Of a stretch of 64,000 nt of DNA, positions 27,490 to 37,296 are shown one piece after another; positions within the stretch are counted from its first letter, which is position 1; every line of letters starts with the position of its first letter. The translations under genes were made by a program, and so were the position numbers. Under the pieces are notes generated by a model that worked only from the letters and a program-made list of their open reading frames with translations, did no database searches and was not told where the DNA came from. This DNA comes from Muribaculaceae bacterium. Its GTDB lineage: Bacteria; Bacteroidota; Bacteroidia; Bacteroidales; Muribaculaceae. The DNA lies in assembly GCA_020026215.1 (NCBI GenBank), contig JAHHQT010000001.1, forward strand, positions 483 through 64,482. The letters run 5' to 3'.

Positions 27490-28455
27490 ATGAAGCAGTT
27501 GCCTTTCTACATTGTAAGAACAAATCTGAACGAACCGTTGTCCGGATCCTTGAAAAAGAATCTCAGCTCGGAAATCGAAGACGACGAGGAGTTGAGCCAA
27601 TGGCTTGCCTCTCTGACAGAAATCATCGCAAACGATGACATCGACAAAGCCTTCGAATTCTCAACTAAAATGGTTGAAGCAATTGAATCGTCGGCTGCTT
27701 TCTTTGATCCTAAATTGGGTGCACAATGCTACCATATTGCCGCATGGCTGGCAATCAACAAGTCAGCGCATTCTTCGGCAATGACCTTGGCGGTAAAATC
27801 ACTGCAACGCCTTTCCTATGTGAAACCGAAGAGCAGAGCGACTCTTTTTCTCGCAGCCTGTGTGCTGAACGACTATGCGATAGCCTGCAACAATATCAAC
27901 AGCATTTCAAAATCGGAAAAATCATTCCGATATGCAGCACGCATACTACGTTCCTTGTCTCTCAAGGACAATAAATATTTTGAAGCGGGAACCATCGTGG
28001 CGACCAATGAACTATTGACTTTCCGCTCACAACTGAAAAAGATTAACGCCCTCGACCAGCATCAAATTGTGATGAAACAGATCGAAACGCTGACCGAGCC
28101 GGTGAAGGATGCCATCGTGGAAATGATTGAAGTCATCTGCAACGATGCCGAAGAATGTGTCACTGCCGAAAAATACAGAATGGCGGTGCGATACTACACC
28201 AAGGCTTTGCGATATAATCGCAGAATTACGGAGAAGTTCGACGACAGGAGTTTTGAGATTTCAATGAAATTAACAGAAGCAATGCTTTATCTCCCTACCC
28301 GTCGCGACACGGCAAACAAATTCATCATGCAACTCCGTAAATGGGCGGAAGCAAACAACAAACAAGAAGAAAGAATTATGGTAGATAAATTGGAGGAAAA
28401 GACGCAGATTATCGGTTTTAATCTATTGTCATTTCTGAAGAATTTAATCTATTGA
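27490..28455 (+). CDS. Hypothetical all-alpha (TPR-like) protein
   Basis: 321 aa with helical composition and no signal peptide or known motif. It is tightly packed in the operon (5-nt and 15-nt gaps). Confidence 0.6.
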   Translation: MKQLPFYIVRTNLNEPLSGSLKKNLSSEIEDDEELSQWLASLTEIIANDDIDKAFEFSTKMVEAIESSAAFFDPKLGAQCYHIAAWLAINKSAHSSAMTLAVKSLQRLSYVKPKSRATLFLAACVLNDYAIACNNINSISKSEKSFRYAARILRSLSLKDNKYFEAGTIVATNELLTFRSQLKKINALDQHQIVMKQIETLTEPVKDAIVEMIEVICNDAEECVTAEKYRMAVRYYTKALRYNRRITEKFDDRSFEISMKLTEAMLYLPTRRDTANKFIMQLRKWAEANNKQEERIMVDKLEEKTQIIGFNLLSFLKNLIY

Positions 28456-28470
28456 TTCACAATAAAGAAA

Positions 28471-29247
28471 ATGGTTACAATTTTATTTCACAGTACAGTT
28501 TTCGGACCAATACACAGCAGAAGATTAGGCACTTCGCTGGGGGTAAACTTAATGCCTAACGACGGAAAAATCTGCACTTTCGACTGCGTTTACTGCGAAG
28601 CCGGTTACAATTCACAAGGCAAAGGCACAACAGGCATCAGCAACCGCGAAGAAGTGAAAGCAGAACTTGAAGCCAAACTGAAATCAATGATTGAGAACGG
28701 CGAGAATTTGGATGTCATCACATTCTCGGGCAACGGAGAACCGACAATTCACCCTGATTTCAGCGGTGTGGTGGACGATGTCATCGCACTTCGCGACAAG
28801 TATTTTCCAAAGGTAAAAATCAGCGTATTGTCCAACTCCACCATGATTTTCAAACAAGAGGTATTCGATGCCCTATTGAAAGTGGACAACAATATTCTGA
28901 AATTGGATTCCGCCATCGACTCCACCATGAGAAAGATGAACAGCCCTGTGAGCAAAAACTTCAACGGAAAGGATTTGGTTGAATGTTTGAGCAAATTCGG
29001 CAAGGACTGTATCGTGCAAACCATGATGTTGAGAGGAACTCACAACGGTCAGGAGATTGACAACACCACCGATGAAGAAGTGGAAGCTCTCTGCGAAGCG
29101 TATGTCAAAATCCAACCGCAGGAAGTCATGCTTTACTCCATCGACCGTGAGACTCCCGAACAGAATTTAACAAAGATACAGCACGATGAATTGGATGCCA
29201 TCGCCGACCGATTCCGTGCAAAAGGTATAAAAGTGCAAGTTAATTAA
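28471..29247 (+). CDS. Radical SAM protein (unknown substrate)
   Basis: CX3CX2C cluster motif CTFDCVYC preceded by GPIHSRRLGTSLGVNL. 258 aa. Confidence 0.8.
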   Translation: MVTILFHSTVFGPIHSRRLGTSLGVNLMPNDGKICTFDCVYCEAGYNSQGKGTTGISNREEVKAELEAKLKSMIENGENLDVITFSGNGEPTIHPDFSGVVDDVIALRDKYFPKVKISVLSNSTMIFKQEVFDALLKVDNNILKLDSAIDSTMRKMNSPVSKNFNGKDLVECLSKFGKDCIVQTMMLRGTHNGQEIDNTTDEEVEALCEAYVKIQPQEVMLYSIDRETPEQNLTKIQHDELDAIADRFRAKGIKVQVN

Positions 29248-29249
29248 AA

Positions 29250-30143
29250 ATGATATATCCACGCCCTTTAAGACCCGGAGATGCAATTGCCATTGTTTCT
29301 CCGGCAAGTAGAATCAACCCCGAACTGATAGACGCAGCAAGCCGAACTATCGAACACTATGGTTACCGCCCTGTATTGAGCAGTTGCTGTAAAGCATGTC
29401 GTGGTTCATTCAGCGGTACTGTCAGCGAACGCCTTTGCGACCTTCAAAAAGCCTTCGAAAACCACGACGTACGCGCTGTATTGTGCAGTAGAGGCGGTTA
29501 CGGCGTTGTGCAGTTGATTGACGATATGAACATGAACATCTGGCACTATGACCCGAAATGGCTCATCGGATTCAGCGATATATCAGCCTTGCATGCCGTA
29601 GCACACTACAACGACGTGGCAAGTATCCACGCCTCTATGTGCAAGCATCTGGCAAGCCGTCCAGATGACGAATGTACCAAAGCAATCTTCAGCATCCTTG
29701 CAGGAGAAAAACCGCAATACGAGGTAGAAGGAGATTCCCGCAACCGCGAGGGAGAAGCCAGCGGTGAAATCGTAGGCGGTAACTTGGCAGTATTGTCTGG
29801 ATTGAATTCCACCCCTTACAACCTGTTGCAACCTGGCAAGATTCTTTTCATTGAAGACATTGCAGAAGCCATTTATAAGGTTGAACGTATGCTCTACACC
29901 TTGAAACTGAACGGCACGCTGGCTCAGACCAAGGCTTTGATTGTAGGACAATTCACCGACTGGAAATCAAGCGACGACTTCCAGCACATGTACGACATGG
30001 TAGAAAACATGGTGAAAGGCTATGATTTCCCAGTAGCCTACAACTTCCCCATCGGCCACATCGAGCGCAACCTTCCCATCATCGAAGGCTCCCAAGTGGA
30101 ACTGAAAATCACCAAAGAAAAAGTAAATTTGAATTTCAAATAA
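29250..30143 (+). CDS. LD-carboxypeptidase (peptidase S66, muramoyl-tetrapeptide carboxypeptidase type)
   Basis: Nucleophile elbow GFSDISALH and C-terminal FPIGH block. 297 aa. Confidence 0.8.
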   Translation: MIYPRPLRPGDAIAIVSPASRINPELIDAASRTIEHYGYRPVLSSCCKACRGSFSGTVSERLCDLQKAFENHDVRAVLCSRGGYGVVQLIDDMNMNIWHYDPKWLIGFSDISALHAVAHYNDVASIHASMCKHLASRPDDECTKAIFSILAGEKPQYEVEGDSRNREGEASGEIVGGNLAVLSGLNSTPYNLLQPGKILFIEDIAEAIYKVERMLYTLKLNGTLAQTKALIVGQFTDWKSSDDFQHMYDMVENMVKGYDFPVAYNFPIGHIERNLPIIEGSQVELKITKEKVNLNFK

Positions 30144-30200
30144 AAAACGCCCTTTATCTTCCGACAAAGGGCGTTTCCTTTTTAATAACCGCATAAAAAA

Positions 30201-30224
30201 CGAGTTGTACTTACGTACAACTCG
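30201..30224. terminator. Bidirectional terminator (LD-carboxypeptidase gene and the convergent tRNA)
   Basis: CGAGTTGTAC pairs with GTACAACTCG as a perfect 10-bp stem. AAAAAA lies on one flank and TTTTT on the other. Confidence 0.8.
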
Positions 30225-30234
30225 TTTTTGTTTG

Positions 30235-30308
30235 TGGTCCCACTTGGGCTTGAACCAAGGACCCCCTGATTATGAGTCAGATGCTCTAACCAACTGAGCT
30301 ATAGGACC
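30235..30308 (-). tRNA. tRNA with CAT anticodon (elongator tRNA-Met, or tRNA-Ile2 if lysidine-modified)
   Basis: The minus strand reads GGTCCTA-TA-GCTC-AGTTGGTTA-GAGC-A-TCTGA-CTCATAA-TCAGG-GGGTC-CTTGG-TTCAAGC-CCAAG-TGGGACC-A. This gives a full cloverleaf with GTTCAAG in the T-arm. CCA is not encoded. Confidence 0.9.
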
Positions 30309-30336
30309 TAGATGTCATATCATCTTTTAGCGTTTG

Positions 30337-30344
30337 CAAAGATA
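30337..30344 (-). promoter_or_regulatory. -7 promoter box (TATCTTTG on the minus strand) for the tRNA
   Basis: CAAAGATA on the plus strand, 29 nt upstream of the tRNA 5' end. Confidence 0.45.
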
Positions 30345-30398
30345 TGACAATCTTTTTATTTATCCAAATTCAGAATCGATTTTTTGGAATGGTAAAAC

Positions 30399-31172
30399 CT
30401 ATTTTACCAACTCAATAACCATCATTCCGTCTTTGTTGAACAAGCCTGCCTTGCTGTCAGAAACCTTACCAAAAGCAACGACTTCTGACATAGCCTTAGT
30501 CAATTTTTGTTCTGTTTCCATATCCGGGCAAGCCATCATTGTTGACATCGGTTCTGACAATGTAATGTTTTGACCTTCGATAGTGAAATTGCTGTTCAAA
30601 ACATTGCAACCACCGTTTGCACTCAATCGGCTTTCTTTGATGTCGAATATCATTGCAGGAGTTTTGTCCAAGTTACGAGGTACGATAACACCGTTTATTT
30701 TTTCAATTTTCCATTCGCCAGCCAATTCTTCAGCTGTCATTGCACCACAACGTTTAGCCAATACGATAACAGATTGTTTGTTTTCGTCAACAAGAACAAC
30801 TTGACCGTTTTCGCCTTGAGCATAACCTTTTACTTGAGCCATAGCCTTGAATAATGCGTCTTCAGTTTTCATATCAGGACACATCATACGAGTACTGCCT
30901 ACTTTATCAAGAGTCAATTGACCGTTAGGAACTTTAACATCGAAAGAGCCCATCATGTTGTTGCAACCTGCGCAACCATAGACAGAAGCGTCTGCAGTAT
31001 TGAAACCGATAAACACGTCTTTGCCATTTTCCTCAGCATTCACTGCTTGGTTATTGATAGAAACGACACTCCACTCACCTTGTAGTTCTGTAATTGCCAT
31101 AGATTTAGGAGCTTTACAAGAGCTCAACATTGCTACTGCACAACACAACACCATTAAATTCCTAATTTTCAT
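30399..31172 (-). CDS. META-domain (HslJ-like) lipoprotein, two META repeats
   Basis: Lipobox AMLSSC followed by KAPK. Two repeats each carry G(C/G)CN..(M/L)(G/N)S.F and MMCPDM / MMACPDM blocks. Confidence 0.8.
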   Translation of the reverse strand: MKIRNLMVLCCAVAMLSSCKAPKSMAITELQGEWSVVSINNQAVNAEENGKDVFIGFNTADASVYGCAGCNNMMGSFDVKVPNGQLTLDKVGSTRMMCPDMKTEDALFKAMAQVKGYAQGENGQVVLVDENKQSVIVLAKRCGAMTAEELAGEWKIEKINGVIVPRNLDKTPAMIFDIKESRLSANGGCNVLNSNFTIEGQNITLSEPMSTMMACPDMETEQKLTKAMSEVVAFGKVSDSKAGLFNKDGMMVIELVK

Positions 31173-31229
31173 AACAAAAAATTTTTCCAGTTTGTTAAAA
31201 AATAAAATTTGCTTATATTAATTGAAATG

Positions 31230-31237
31230 CAAAATTA
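31230..31237 (-). promoter_or_regulatory. -7 promoter box (TAATTTTG on the minus strand)
   Basis: CAAAATTA on the plus strand, 58 nt upstream of the ATG at 31172. Confidence 0.35.
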
Positions 31238-31320
31238 ACACTTTACTGCATCAAAAATAGAATAATTTTCGTTTTAATTTGAAAATTAGATAATTTTTTG
31301 TATTATTCGAACAATAAATG

Positions 31321-31328
31321 TACATTTG
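31321..31328 (+). promoter_or_regulatory. -7 promoter box TACATTTG
   Basis: Lies 40 nt upstream of the first tatA ATG at 31369. Confidence 0.45.
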
Positions 31329-31368
31329 CAAAACTAAATATAATACTAAATAATACTAATAAGAAAAC

Positions 31369-31563
31369 ATGAGTAACATACTTTTATTTGCACTTGGTGC
31401 ACCAGAAATCATTGTCATTGCTATTGTTATCCTTCTTCTTTTCGGAGGTAAAAAAATTCCTGAATTGATGAAAGGTATCGGCAAAGGTGTCCGCGGATTC
31501 AAAACAGAAATCAAGGATCCAATCGACGAGACAAAAGACGAAATTAAGAACATCGTAAAATAA
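31369..31563 (+). CDS. tatA: Twin-arginine translocase subunit TatA/E, copy 1
   Basis: 64 aa. TM helix plus hinge [32 protein letters not shown], followed by an acidic amphipathic tail. Confidence 0.88.
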   Translation: MSNILLFALGAPEIIVIAIVILLLFGGKKIPELMKGIGKGVRGFKTEIKDPIDETKDEIKNIVK

Positions 31564-31568
31564 CGAAT

Positions 31569-31790
31569 ATGAACAATATACTATTATTTGCAGGCTTGGG
31601 TACTGGCGAAATCATTGTTATCGCCATTGTCATTCTACTGCTTTTCGGCGGTAAGAAAATTCCTGAATTAATGAAGGGTATCGGTAAAGGCATCCGCAGT
31701 TTCAAAGACGGCGTGAAGGATGTTCAGGAGGAAATCGACAAACCCATTGAAGACTCTGACAAGGATAATAAATCTACTACTAAAGAATAA
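31569..31790 (+). CDS. tatA: Twin-arginine translocase subunit TatA/E, copy 2
   Basis: 73 aa. [32 protein letters not shown], with a divergent longer tail. Confidence 0.88.
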   Translation: MNNILLFAGLGTGEIIVIAIVILLLFGGKKIPELMKGIGKGIRSFKDGVKDVQEEIDKPIEDSDKDNKSTTKE

Positions 31791-31800
31791 ATAGATTTCT

Positions 31801-32592
31801 ATGTCAGAGGGAGAACAGCCGGAAGAAAAAAGTTTTTGGGCACATCTCGATGATTTACGTTCCACGTTATTTAAAATAGCGGGGACGTTGTTGGTGTTCT
31901 TTGTCGGATTTTTGGCTTTTATGCCTTACATTTTCGACCATGTCGTTCTTGCGCCCTGTCATAGCGATTTCTTCCTATACAAATATCTTACAAAATTCTC
32001 CGAAGCTTTCCCGTTAGTGTCGCAATTCTCCTCTCCGGAATTTCACATTGACATCATCAACACAAAGCTGACTTCGCAATTTTTCACACACTTGACTACC
32101 TCATTATGGTTTTCTCTTGTGTTTGCGTTCCCGGTGATTTTGTATTTCTTATGGCAATTCATCAGCCCGGCTCTCTATAAGAACGAGAAACACGGAGCTA
32201 TCATGGCCTTTGGATTCGGTTCAATCATGTTCTATATCGGTGTGTGTGTGGGTTACTTCATCGTATTCCCGATTACCATCCGTTTCCTATATGAATATGA
32301 ATTGAGTGAAGCCATTACCAATATGCTGGCATTGGACTCTTATATGAGTAACTTCTTGATGCTAAACTTGGTAATGGGTATCGTTTTCGAACTTCCGCTC
32401 TTGTCATGGGTGTTGTCGCAAATTGGATTGCTACATAGAAGTTTCTTCAAACGCTACCGCAAACACTCCATCGTGGCGTTGATGATATTGACAGCTATCA
32501 TCACACCGACAGGTGACCCGTTCACGTTGTTTGTAGTGTTCCTTCCTATATATTGCTTATATGAAGGCAGTGCGTTCCTTGTAAAGAAATAA
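31801..32592 (+). CDS. tatC: Twin-arginine translocase subunit TatC
   Basis: 263 aa with six TM helices. N-terminal SFWAHLDDLRSTLFK and C-terminal ITPTGDPFT blocks are typical of TatC. Confidence 0.9.
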   Translation: MSEGEQPEEKSFWAHLDDLRSTLFKIAGTLLVFFVGFLAFMPYIFDHVVLAPCHSDFFLYKYLTKFSEAFPLVSQFSSPEFHIDIINTKLTSQFFTHLTTSLWFSLVFAFPVILYFLWQFISPALYKNEKHGAIMAFGFGSIMFYIGVCVGYFIVFPITIRFLYEYELSEAITNMLALDSYMSNFLMLNLVMGIVFELPLLSWVLSQIGLLHRSFFKRYRKHSIVALMILTAIITPTGDPFTLFVVFLPIYCLYEGSAFLVKK

Positions 32593-32614
32593 ACAGATAG
32601 ACCACAAATAAAAA

Positions 32615-32644
32615 AAGGCCTTTATCAGTATTGATAACGGCCTT
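32615..32644. terminator. Bidirectional terminator between tatC and polA
   Basis: AAGGCCTTTATCA pairs with TGATAACGGCCTT (12 of 13 bp, 4-nt loop). An A-run lies upstream and a T-run downstream. Confidence 0.8.
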
Positions 32645-32671
32645 TTATATTTTGGAGATACCTGTCTTCTA

Positions 32672-35452
32672 TCAATGTGCTTCCAACCAGTTGTGACCAG
32701 TTCCGCAATCGGCAATCAATGGAACGGTTGCTTTAAATGCACCTTCCATTTCTTCCTTCACAATAGTCTGTACTTTTTCCAATTCGTCAGGATAAACATC
32801 GAAGTTCAACTCATCGTGTACCTGCATTATCATCTTTGATTTGATACCCTCGGCATTAAAGCGTTTGAAGATGCGAATCATCGCAATCTTGATAATGTCG
32901 GCAGCCGTTCCCTGAATAGGTGCGTTGATGGCATTTCGTTCGGCATAACCTCTCACTACGGCATTGCGCGATGCAATATCAGGCAAGATGCGGCGACGAC
33001 CGAATAAGGTAGTCACATAACCCTTTTCTCGAGAATGTTCAATACTTTCATCCATAAACTTACGCACACCCGGGAAAGTAACGAAATAGCCGTCTATAAT
33101 TTCCTTGGCCTCTGAACGAGGTATGCTTAATCGTTGAGACAAGCCAAATGCCGAGATACCATAAATCATACCAAAGTTGGCTGTTTTTGCCTTACGGCGT
33201 TGGTCTTCGGTCACATCAGCAATTTTTTCGTGGAAAATCTTGGCTGCTGTTGCCTTGTGAATATCCTCACCGCCCAAGAATGCCTCAACCATTGTCGGGT
33301 CCTTGCTGATGTTTGCCACAATACGCAATTCGATTTGCGAATAGTCGGCAGAGAAGAAAATGTGGCCTTCATCAGGAATCACGGCGCGGCGAATTTCACG
33401 GCCTTCTTCGTTACGAATCGGCAAGTTCTGCAAGTTAGGGTTTGTAGATGACAAACGGCCTGTTGCAGTGACTGTCTGATTATAGGTGGTGTGAATCTTA
33501 CCTGTAGTTGGATTAATCAATTCCGGCAAGGCATTCACGTAGGTAGAAAGCAATTTTTTGATTTTACGGAATTCAAGGACCTTACCGACCAACGGGTGAC
33601 GGTCACGCAATTTCTCCAACTCTTCTTCCGCAGTTGAATACTTGCCGCTACTGGTTTTCTTGGTCTTTGCATCAATCTTCAAATGGTCAAAAAGCACTTC
33701 GCCCACTTGCACAGGAGATGCAACGTTGAATTTCATTCCGGCAAGCTCCATACATTCCGCTTCAATTTCATCCAAACGCTTGGTAAGGACTACTGAATAT
33801 CCATTCAAGGTCTTGACATCAAAACGTACGCCTGCCATTTCCATATCTGCCAATACGGCAATCAACGGCAATTCTATATCATAAAGCAAATGCGACATTT
33901 CGTTGTCGGCAAGCATCTTGTCAAACAATCCGCGCAGACGGAGGTTGGCACTTGCTGACGCACAAGCCACATTCGACATTTCCTCAATGGAACAGTCAAA
34001 AGCAGGATCAAACTTAGAGGCCTTCACACCTTCGGGCATGACTAGTTCGGGGATTTGTTCCTGTAGGTAAATTTCCACCAATCGTTGCAAGCTGTGTGAC
34101 ATTTCGGGTTGCAACAAATAGTGCGCAACAGAATTATCGTAATAAGGTTCGCTGAACGGAACTCCATAACGCTTCAAAACAATCATAGAATGTTTAAGGT
34201 CAGCACCGATTTTCAGCACCTTATCGTCGCCCAACAATCGGTTCAACTCAGGCAATGCCACGTCAATTGATTCCTCATCGGGCATCGCTATATAAAAGCC
34301 TTCATTTTCATCAGTAGCCACAGCCACACCCGCCAAATCAGCCTTCATAGCCTCGCCGACCGATGTTACGACAGTCACACCGATTTCCTTGCATGCCAAA
34401 GCCTTATCGACCATCGTTGACAAGTGGGATTCGTCCACAATGATATAGTTACCCTCTACTTTTGTATTCAATGTTTCAATTTCGGGATTCGGTTCAAGCA
34501 AGTCATCAAACAAAGACAACTGACCGTCAATAGCTTTCGGTTTTGCCTTTTCCCTGGAAGGTTCAGCCATAGCAGTCTGTGTACCTAACACACGGTTCAA
34601 CAATGTCTTGAATTCCAATTCGGCAAAAATACGACGGATTTCGTCAGCATCGATTTCTTTGCGTGAAAGTTGCTCTTCGTTGATTTCAATAGGGACATCT
34701 GTGCAAATAGTAGCCAGTTTTTTGGAAAACAAAATGCTTTCCACATTACTTTCCACCTTGTTTTTTACCGAACCTTTCAACTTGTCGGTATTTGCCACCA
34801 ATTCTTCCACAGAGCCGAATTCAAGCACTAACTTTGAAGCGGTCTTTTCGCCCACTCCGGGGCATCCCAAAATATTATCGGCCTTATCCCCCATCAAAGC
34901 CAAAATATCAATCACCTGTATCGGTTTATCGACACCAAACACTTCCTTTACCGCCTCAATGTCGCGGATTTCAGCAGGCGCTCCCTTATAACCCGGGCGA
35001 TAGACCTTGACCGTTTCATCGACCAACTGGCACAAGTCTTTGTCGGGCGACATAATGAATGTATCGTAATCCTTTTCACGACTTTTCACCGCCAACGTAC
35101 CAATCACATCATCAGCCTCATAGCCGGGCACTTCAATGATAGGAATACGATAAGCGCGGATAATGTCTTTAATATAGGGAATAGCTTTCTTTATATCTTC
35201 GGGCGTAGCCTCTCTTCCAGCCTTGTACTCTGGGTACATTTCATGGCGGAAAGTTTTTCCTGCAGGGTCAAAACAAACGGCAATGTGAGAAGGATTTTCC
35301 TTCTTCAAGATTTCCTCCAGCGTATTCACAAAACCGAAAATAGCCGAAGTGTTCAAACCTTTTGAAGTGAAGCGCGGAGAATATTTCATAGCATGATAAG
35401 CACGAAAAATCAAAGCATACGCATCCAATAAAAATAATTTCTTCTTTTCCAT
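32672..35452 (-). CDS. polA: DNA polymerase I
   Basis: 926 aa. N-terminal 5'-nuclease domain; polymerase motif A FSADYSQIELR, motif B RRKAKTANFGMIYG, motif C MQVHDEL. Confidence 0.97.
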   Translation of the reverse strand: MEKKKLFLLDAYALIFRAYHAMKYSPRFTSKGLNTSAIFGFVNTLEEILKKENPSHIAVCFDPAGKTFRHEMYPEYKAGREATPEDIKKAIPYIKDIIRAYRIPIIEVPGYEADDVIGTLAVKSREKDYDTFIMSPDKDLCQLVDETVKVYRPGYKGAPAEIRDIEAVKEVFGVDKPIQVIDILALMGDKADNILGCPGVGEKTASKLVLEFGSVEELVANTDKLKGSVKNKVESNVESILFSKKLATICTDVPIEINEEQLSRKEIDADEIRRIFAELEFKTLLNRVLGTQTAMAEPSREKAKPKAIDGQLSLFDDLLEPNPEIETLNTKVEGNYIIVDESHLSTMVDKALACKEIGVTVVTSVGEAMKADLAGVAVATDENEGFYIAMPDEESIDVALPELNRLLGDDKVLKIGADLKHSMIVLKRYGVPFSEPYYDNSVAHYLLQPEMSHSLQRLVEIYLQEQIPELVMPEGVKASKFDPAFDCSIEEMSNVACASASANLRLRGLFDKMLADNEMSHLLYDIELPLIAVLADMEMAGVRFDVKTLNGYSVVLTKRLDEIEAECMELAGMKFNVASPVQVGEVLFDHLKIDAKTKKTSSGKYSTAEEELEKLRDRHPLVGKVLEFRKIKKLLSTYVNALPELINPTTGKIHTTYNQTVTATGRLSSTNPNLQNLPIRNEEGREIRRAVIPDEGHIFFSADYSQIELRIVANISKDPTMVEAFLGGEDIHKATAAKIFHEKIADVTEDQRRKAKTANFGMIYGISAFGLSQRLSIPRSEAKEIIDGYFVTFPGVRKFMDESIEHSREKGYVTTLFGRRRILPDIASRNAVVRGYAERNAINAPIQGTAADIIKIAMIRIFKRFNAEGIKSKMIMQVHDELNFDVYPDELEKVQTIVKEEMEGAFKATVPLIADCGTGHNWLEAH

Positions 35453-35490
35453 CTAATTAGCGATTTATGGCAAAAAAATTGTCCAAAGGT

Positions 35491-35498
35491 CAAATTTA
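35491..35498 (-). promoter_or_regulatory. -7 promoter box (TAAATTTG on the minus strand)
   Basis: CAAATTTA on the plus strand, 39 nt upstream of the polA ATG at 35452. Confidence 0.4.
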
Positions 35499-35552
35499 CA
35501 AAGTATTTTAATAATTCATTGACGAAATGGTGAGAATAGTACAAATTATTAT

Positions 35553-35560
35553 TAATTTTG
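35553..35560 (+). promoter_or_regulatory. -7 promoter box TAATTTTG
   Basis: Lies 18 nt upstream of the ATG at 35579. Confidence 0.4.
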
Positions 35561-35578
35561 TAACTTAAAATCGTTTAT

Positions 35579-36553
35579 ATGACGAATTTCAACGAAATAA
35601 AAGAGACTATATCCTCAGAATTAGACGAACTTAATATTATCATCCGTCAATCATTGAGCAGCAAAAGCCCGTTGCTTAATGAGATTGTCGCAAAATATCT
35701 GACAACTAAAGGCAAACAAATCCGTCCGATAATCGTTATATTGAGCGCCAATTTCTTTGATAAGGCCAACGAGCACGTATTGAATGGTGCAGCTTCTATC
35801 GAGTTGCTTCACAATGCATCGCTTATTCATGATGATGTGGTTGACGAAACTAAGACTCGCAGAGGAAAAGCAACAATCAACAGTGTTTGGGACAACCATA
35901 TCGCTGTACTTGTGGGTGACTTCTTTGTAAGTAACGCCCTATCATGCGCTATTGCTTCAGGTGACATCCGTGTTGTAAAAGTAATTTCAGAATTAGGTAA
36001 GGAATTATCTACAGGCGAAATTGACCAGATAGACATTGCAAAACATCACAATATCAACGAAAAGAACTATTTCCAAATCATCAGCAAAAAGACCGCTTCC
36101 TTGTTCCGCAGCTGCGTGCAAGTGGCAGGTTACTCTGTGAAGGCAAAAGACGAAGACATCGAAAAACTTTCACGCTTTGTTGAACTATTGGGATTGTCTT
36201 TCCAAATCAAAGATGACATTTTCGACTATTTCAAGGACGACAGCATCGGCAAGCCTACGGGCAACGACCTACGCGAAGGTAAAGTGACATTGCCACTTAT
36301 TTATGCCCTCAACAAGCAAGATGCCAAAGACCTTGACGAAATGAAGGCTTTAGCTCAAAAAGATTTCTTGGAAGATGACGAAATAGAACAATTGATTGAA
36401 TTTGCACGTCGCGAAGGCGGTATCGAATACGCTTACGAGACCATGGAGAAACTTCGCGAAGAGGCTTGCAACATCTTGAAGGACTATCCTGAAAGCAAAG
36501 CCAAATCATCTTTCATCTCACTGTTTGACTATATCATCAAGCGTCACTATTAA
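35579..36553 (+). CDS. Long-chain polyprenyl diphosphate synthase (IspB-like; feeds menaquinone side chain)
   Basis: First Asp-rich motif LIHDDVVDE and second FQIKDDIFD. 324 aa. Confidence 0.88.
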   Translation: MTNFNEIKETISSELDELNIIIRQSLSSKSPLLNEIVAKYLTTKGKQIRPIIVILSANFFDKANEHVLNGAASIELLHNASLIHDDVVDETKTRRGKATINSVWDNHIAVLVGDFFVSNALSCAIASGDIRVVKVISELGKELSTGEIDQIDIAKHHNINEKNYFQIISKKTASLFRSCVQVAGYSVKAKDEDIEKLSRFVELLGLSFQIKDDIFDYFKDDSIGKPTGNDLREGKVTLPLIYALNKQDAKDLDEMKALAQKDFLEDDEIEQLIEFARREGGIEYAYETMEKLREEACNILKDYPESKAKSSFISLFDYIIKRHY

Positions 36554-36565
36554 TAGTATTTCAAC

Positions 36566-37180
36566 GTGCTACTTCCTTTTCTCGAACCAAATCGTATAGA
36601 AGCCGGTTGTGACGAAGCCGGGAGAGGATGTCTGGCAGGTCCTGTATATGCAGCCGCCGTCATTCTTCCTCCAGATTTCTCCAACGAATTGCTCAACGAT
36701 TCCAAGCAACTAAGCGAGCACAAACGCGACCTGTTGCGCCCCATCATCGAGAAAGAAGCCCTGGCTTGGGGTGTGGGAATAGTCCCAGAAACTGAAATTG
36801 ACAAAATCAATATTCTCAACGCATCATTCTTGGCCATGCACCGTGCCATTGACGCATTGAAAATCCGCCCCGAATACCTACTGATTGACGGCAACCGATT
36901 CATTCCTTATAAAGGTATCGCACACGAATGTATCGTCAAAGGTGACGGCAAGATGATGAGCATCGCTGCGGCATCCATTTTGGCAAAAACCCACCGTGAC
37001 GAGTATATGACAAAAATAGACAAGGAGTATCCACAATACGACTGGAAAACCAACAAAGGATACCCGACCAAGGCACATCGCGCTGCCATCGCAGCCTATG
37101 GGGCAACACACTATCACCGCAAGACCTTCCGTCTGCTTGACGAGCGTCCCTCCCTATTTGATGAAATTGAAGAAAAATAA
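36566..37180 (+). CDS. rnhB: Ribonuclease HII
   Basis: [19 protein letters not shown] catalytic block, DSKQLS and ASILAK blocks. GTG start 12 nt after the upstream stop. Confidence 0.92.
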   Translation: MLLPFLEPNRIEAGCDEAGRGCLAGPVYAAAVILPPDFSNELLNDSKQLSEHKRDLLRPIIEKEALAWGVGIVPETEIDKINILNASFLAMHRAIDALKIRPEYLLIDGNRFIPYKGIAHECIVKGDGKMMSIAAASILAKTHRDEYMTKIDKEYPQYDWKTNKGYPTKAHRAAIAAYGATHYHRKTFRLLDERPSLFDEIEEK

Positions 37181-37214
37181 ATAATCCCGACAGCCGATTG
37201 GTTATCGGGATTAT
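37181..37214 (+). terminator. Hairpin terminator after rnhB
   Basis: ATAATCCCGA (37181..37190) pairs with TCGGGATTAT (37205..37214) as a perfect 10-bp stem, followed by TTATT. Confidence 0.6.
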
Positions 37215-37271
37215 TTATTGACACATTTTAAAATTTGAAGACAAAACTATTGATATATCGAAAAAAGGCTG

Positions 37272-37279
37272 TATCTTTG
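37272..37279 (+). promoter_or_regulatory. -7 promoter box TATCTTTG for tRNA-Pro
   Basis: Lies 17 nt upstream of the tRNA 5' end. Confidence 0.5.
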
Positions 37280-37296
37280 CAATTGATTTTCGGACA

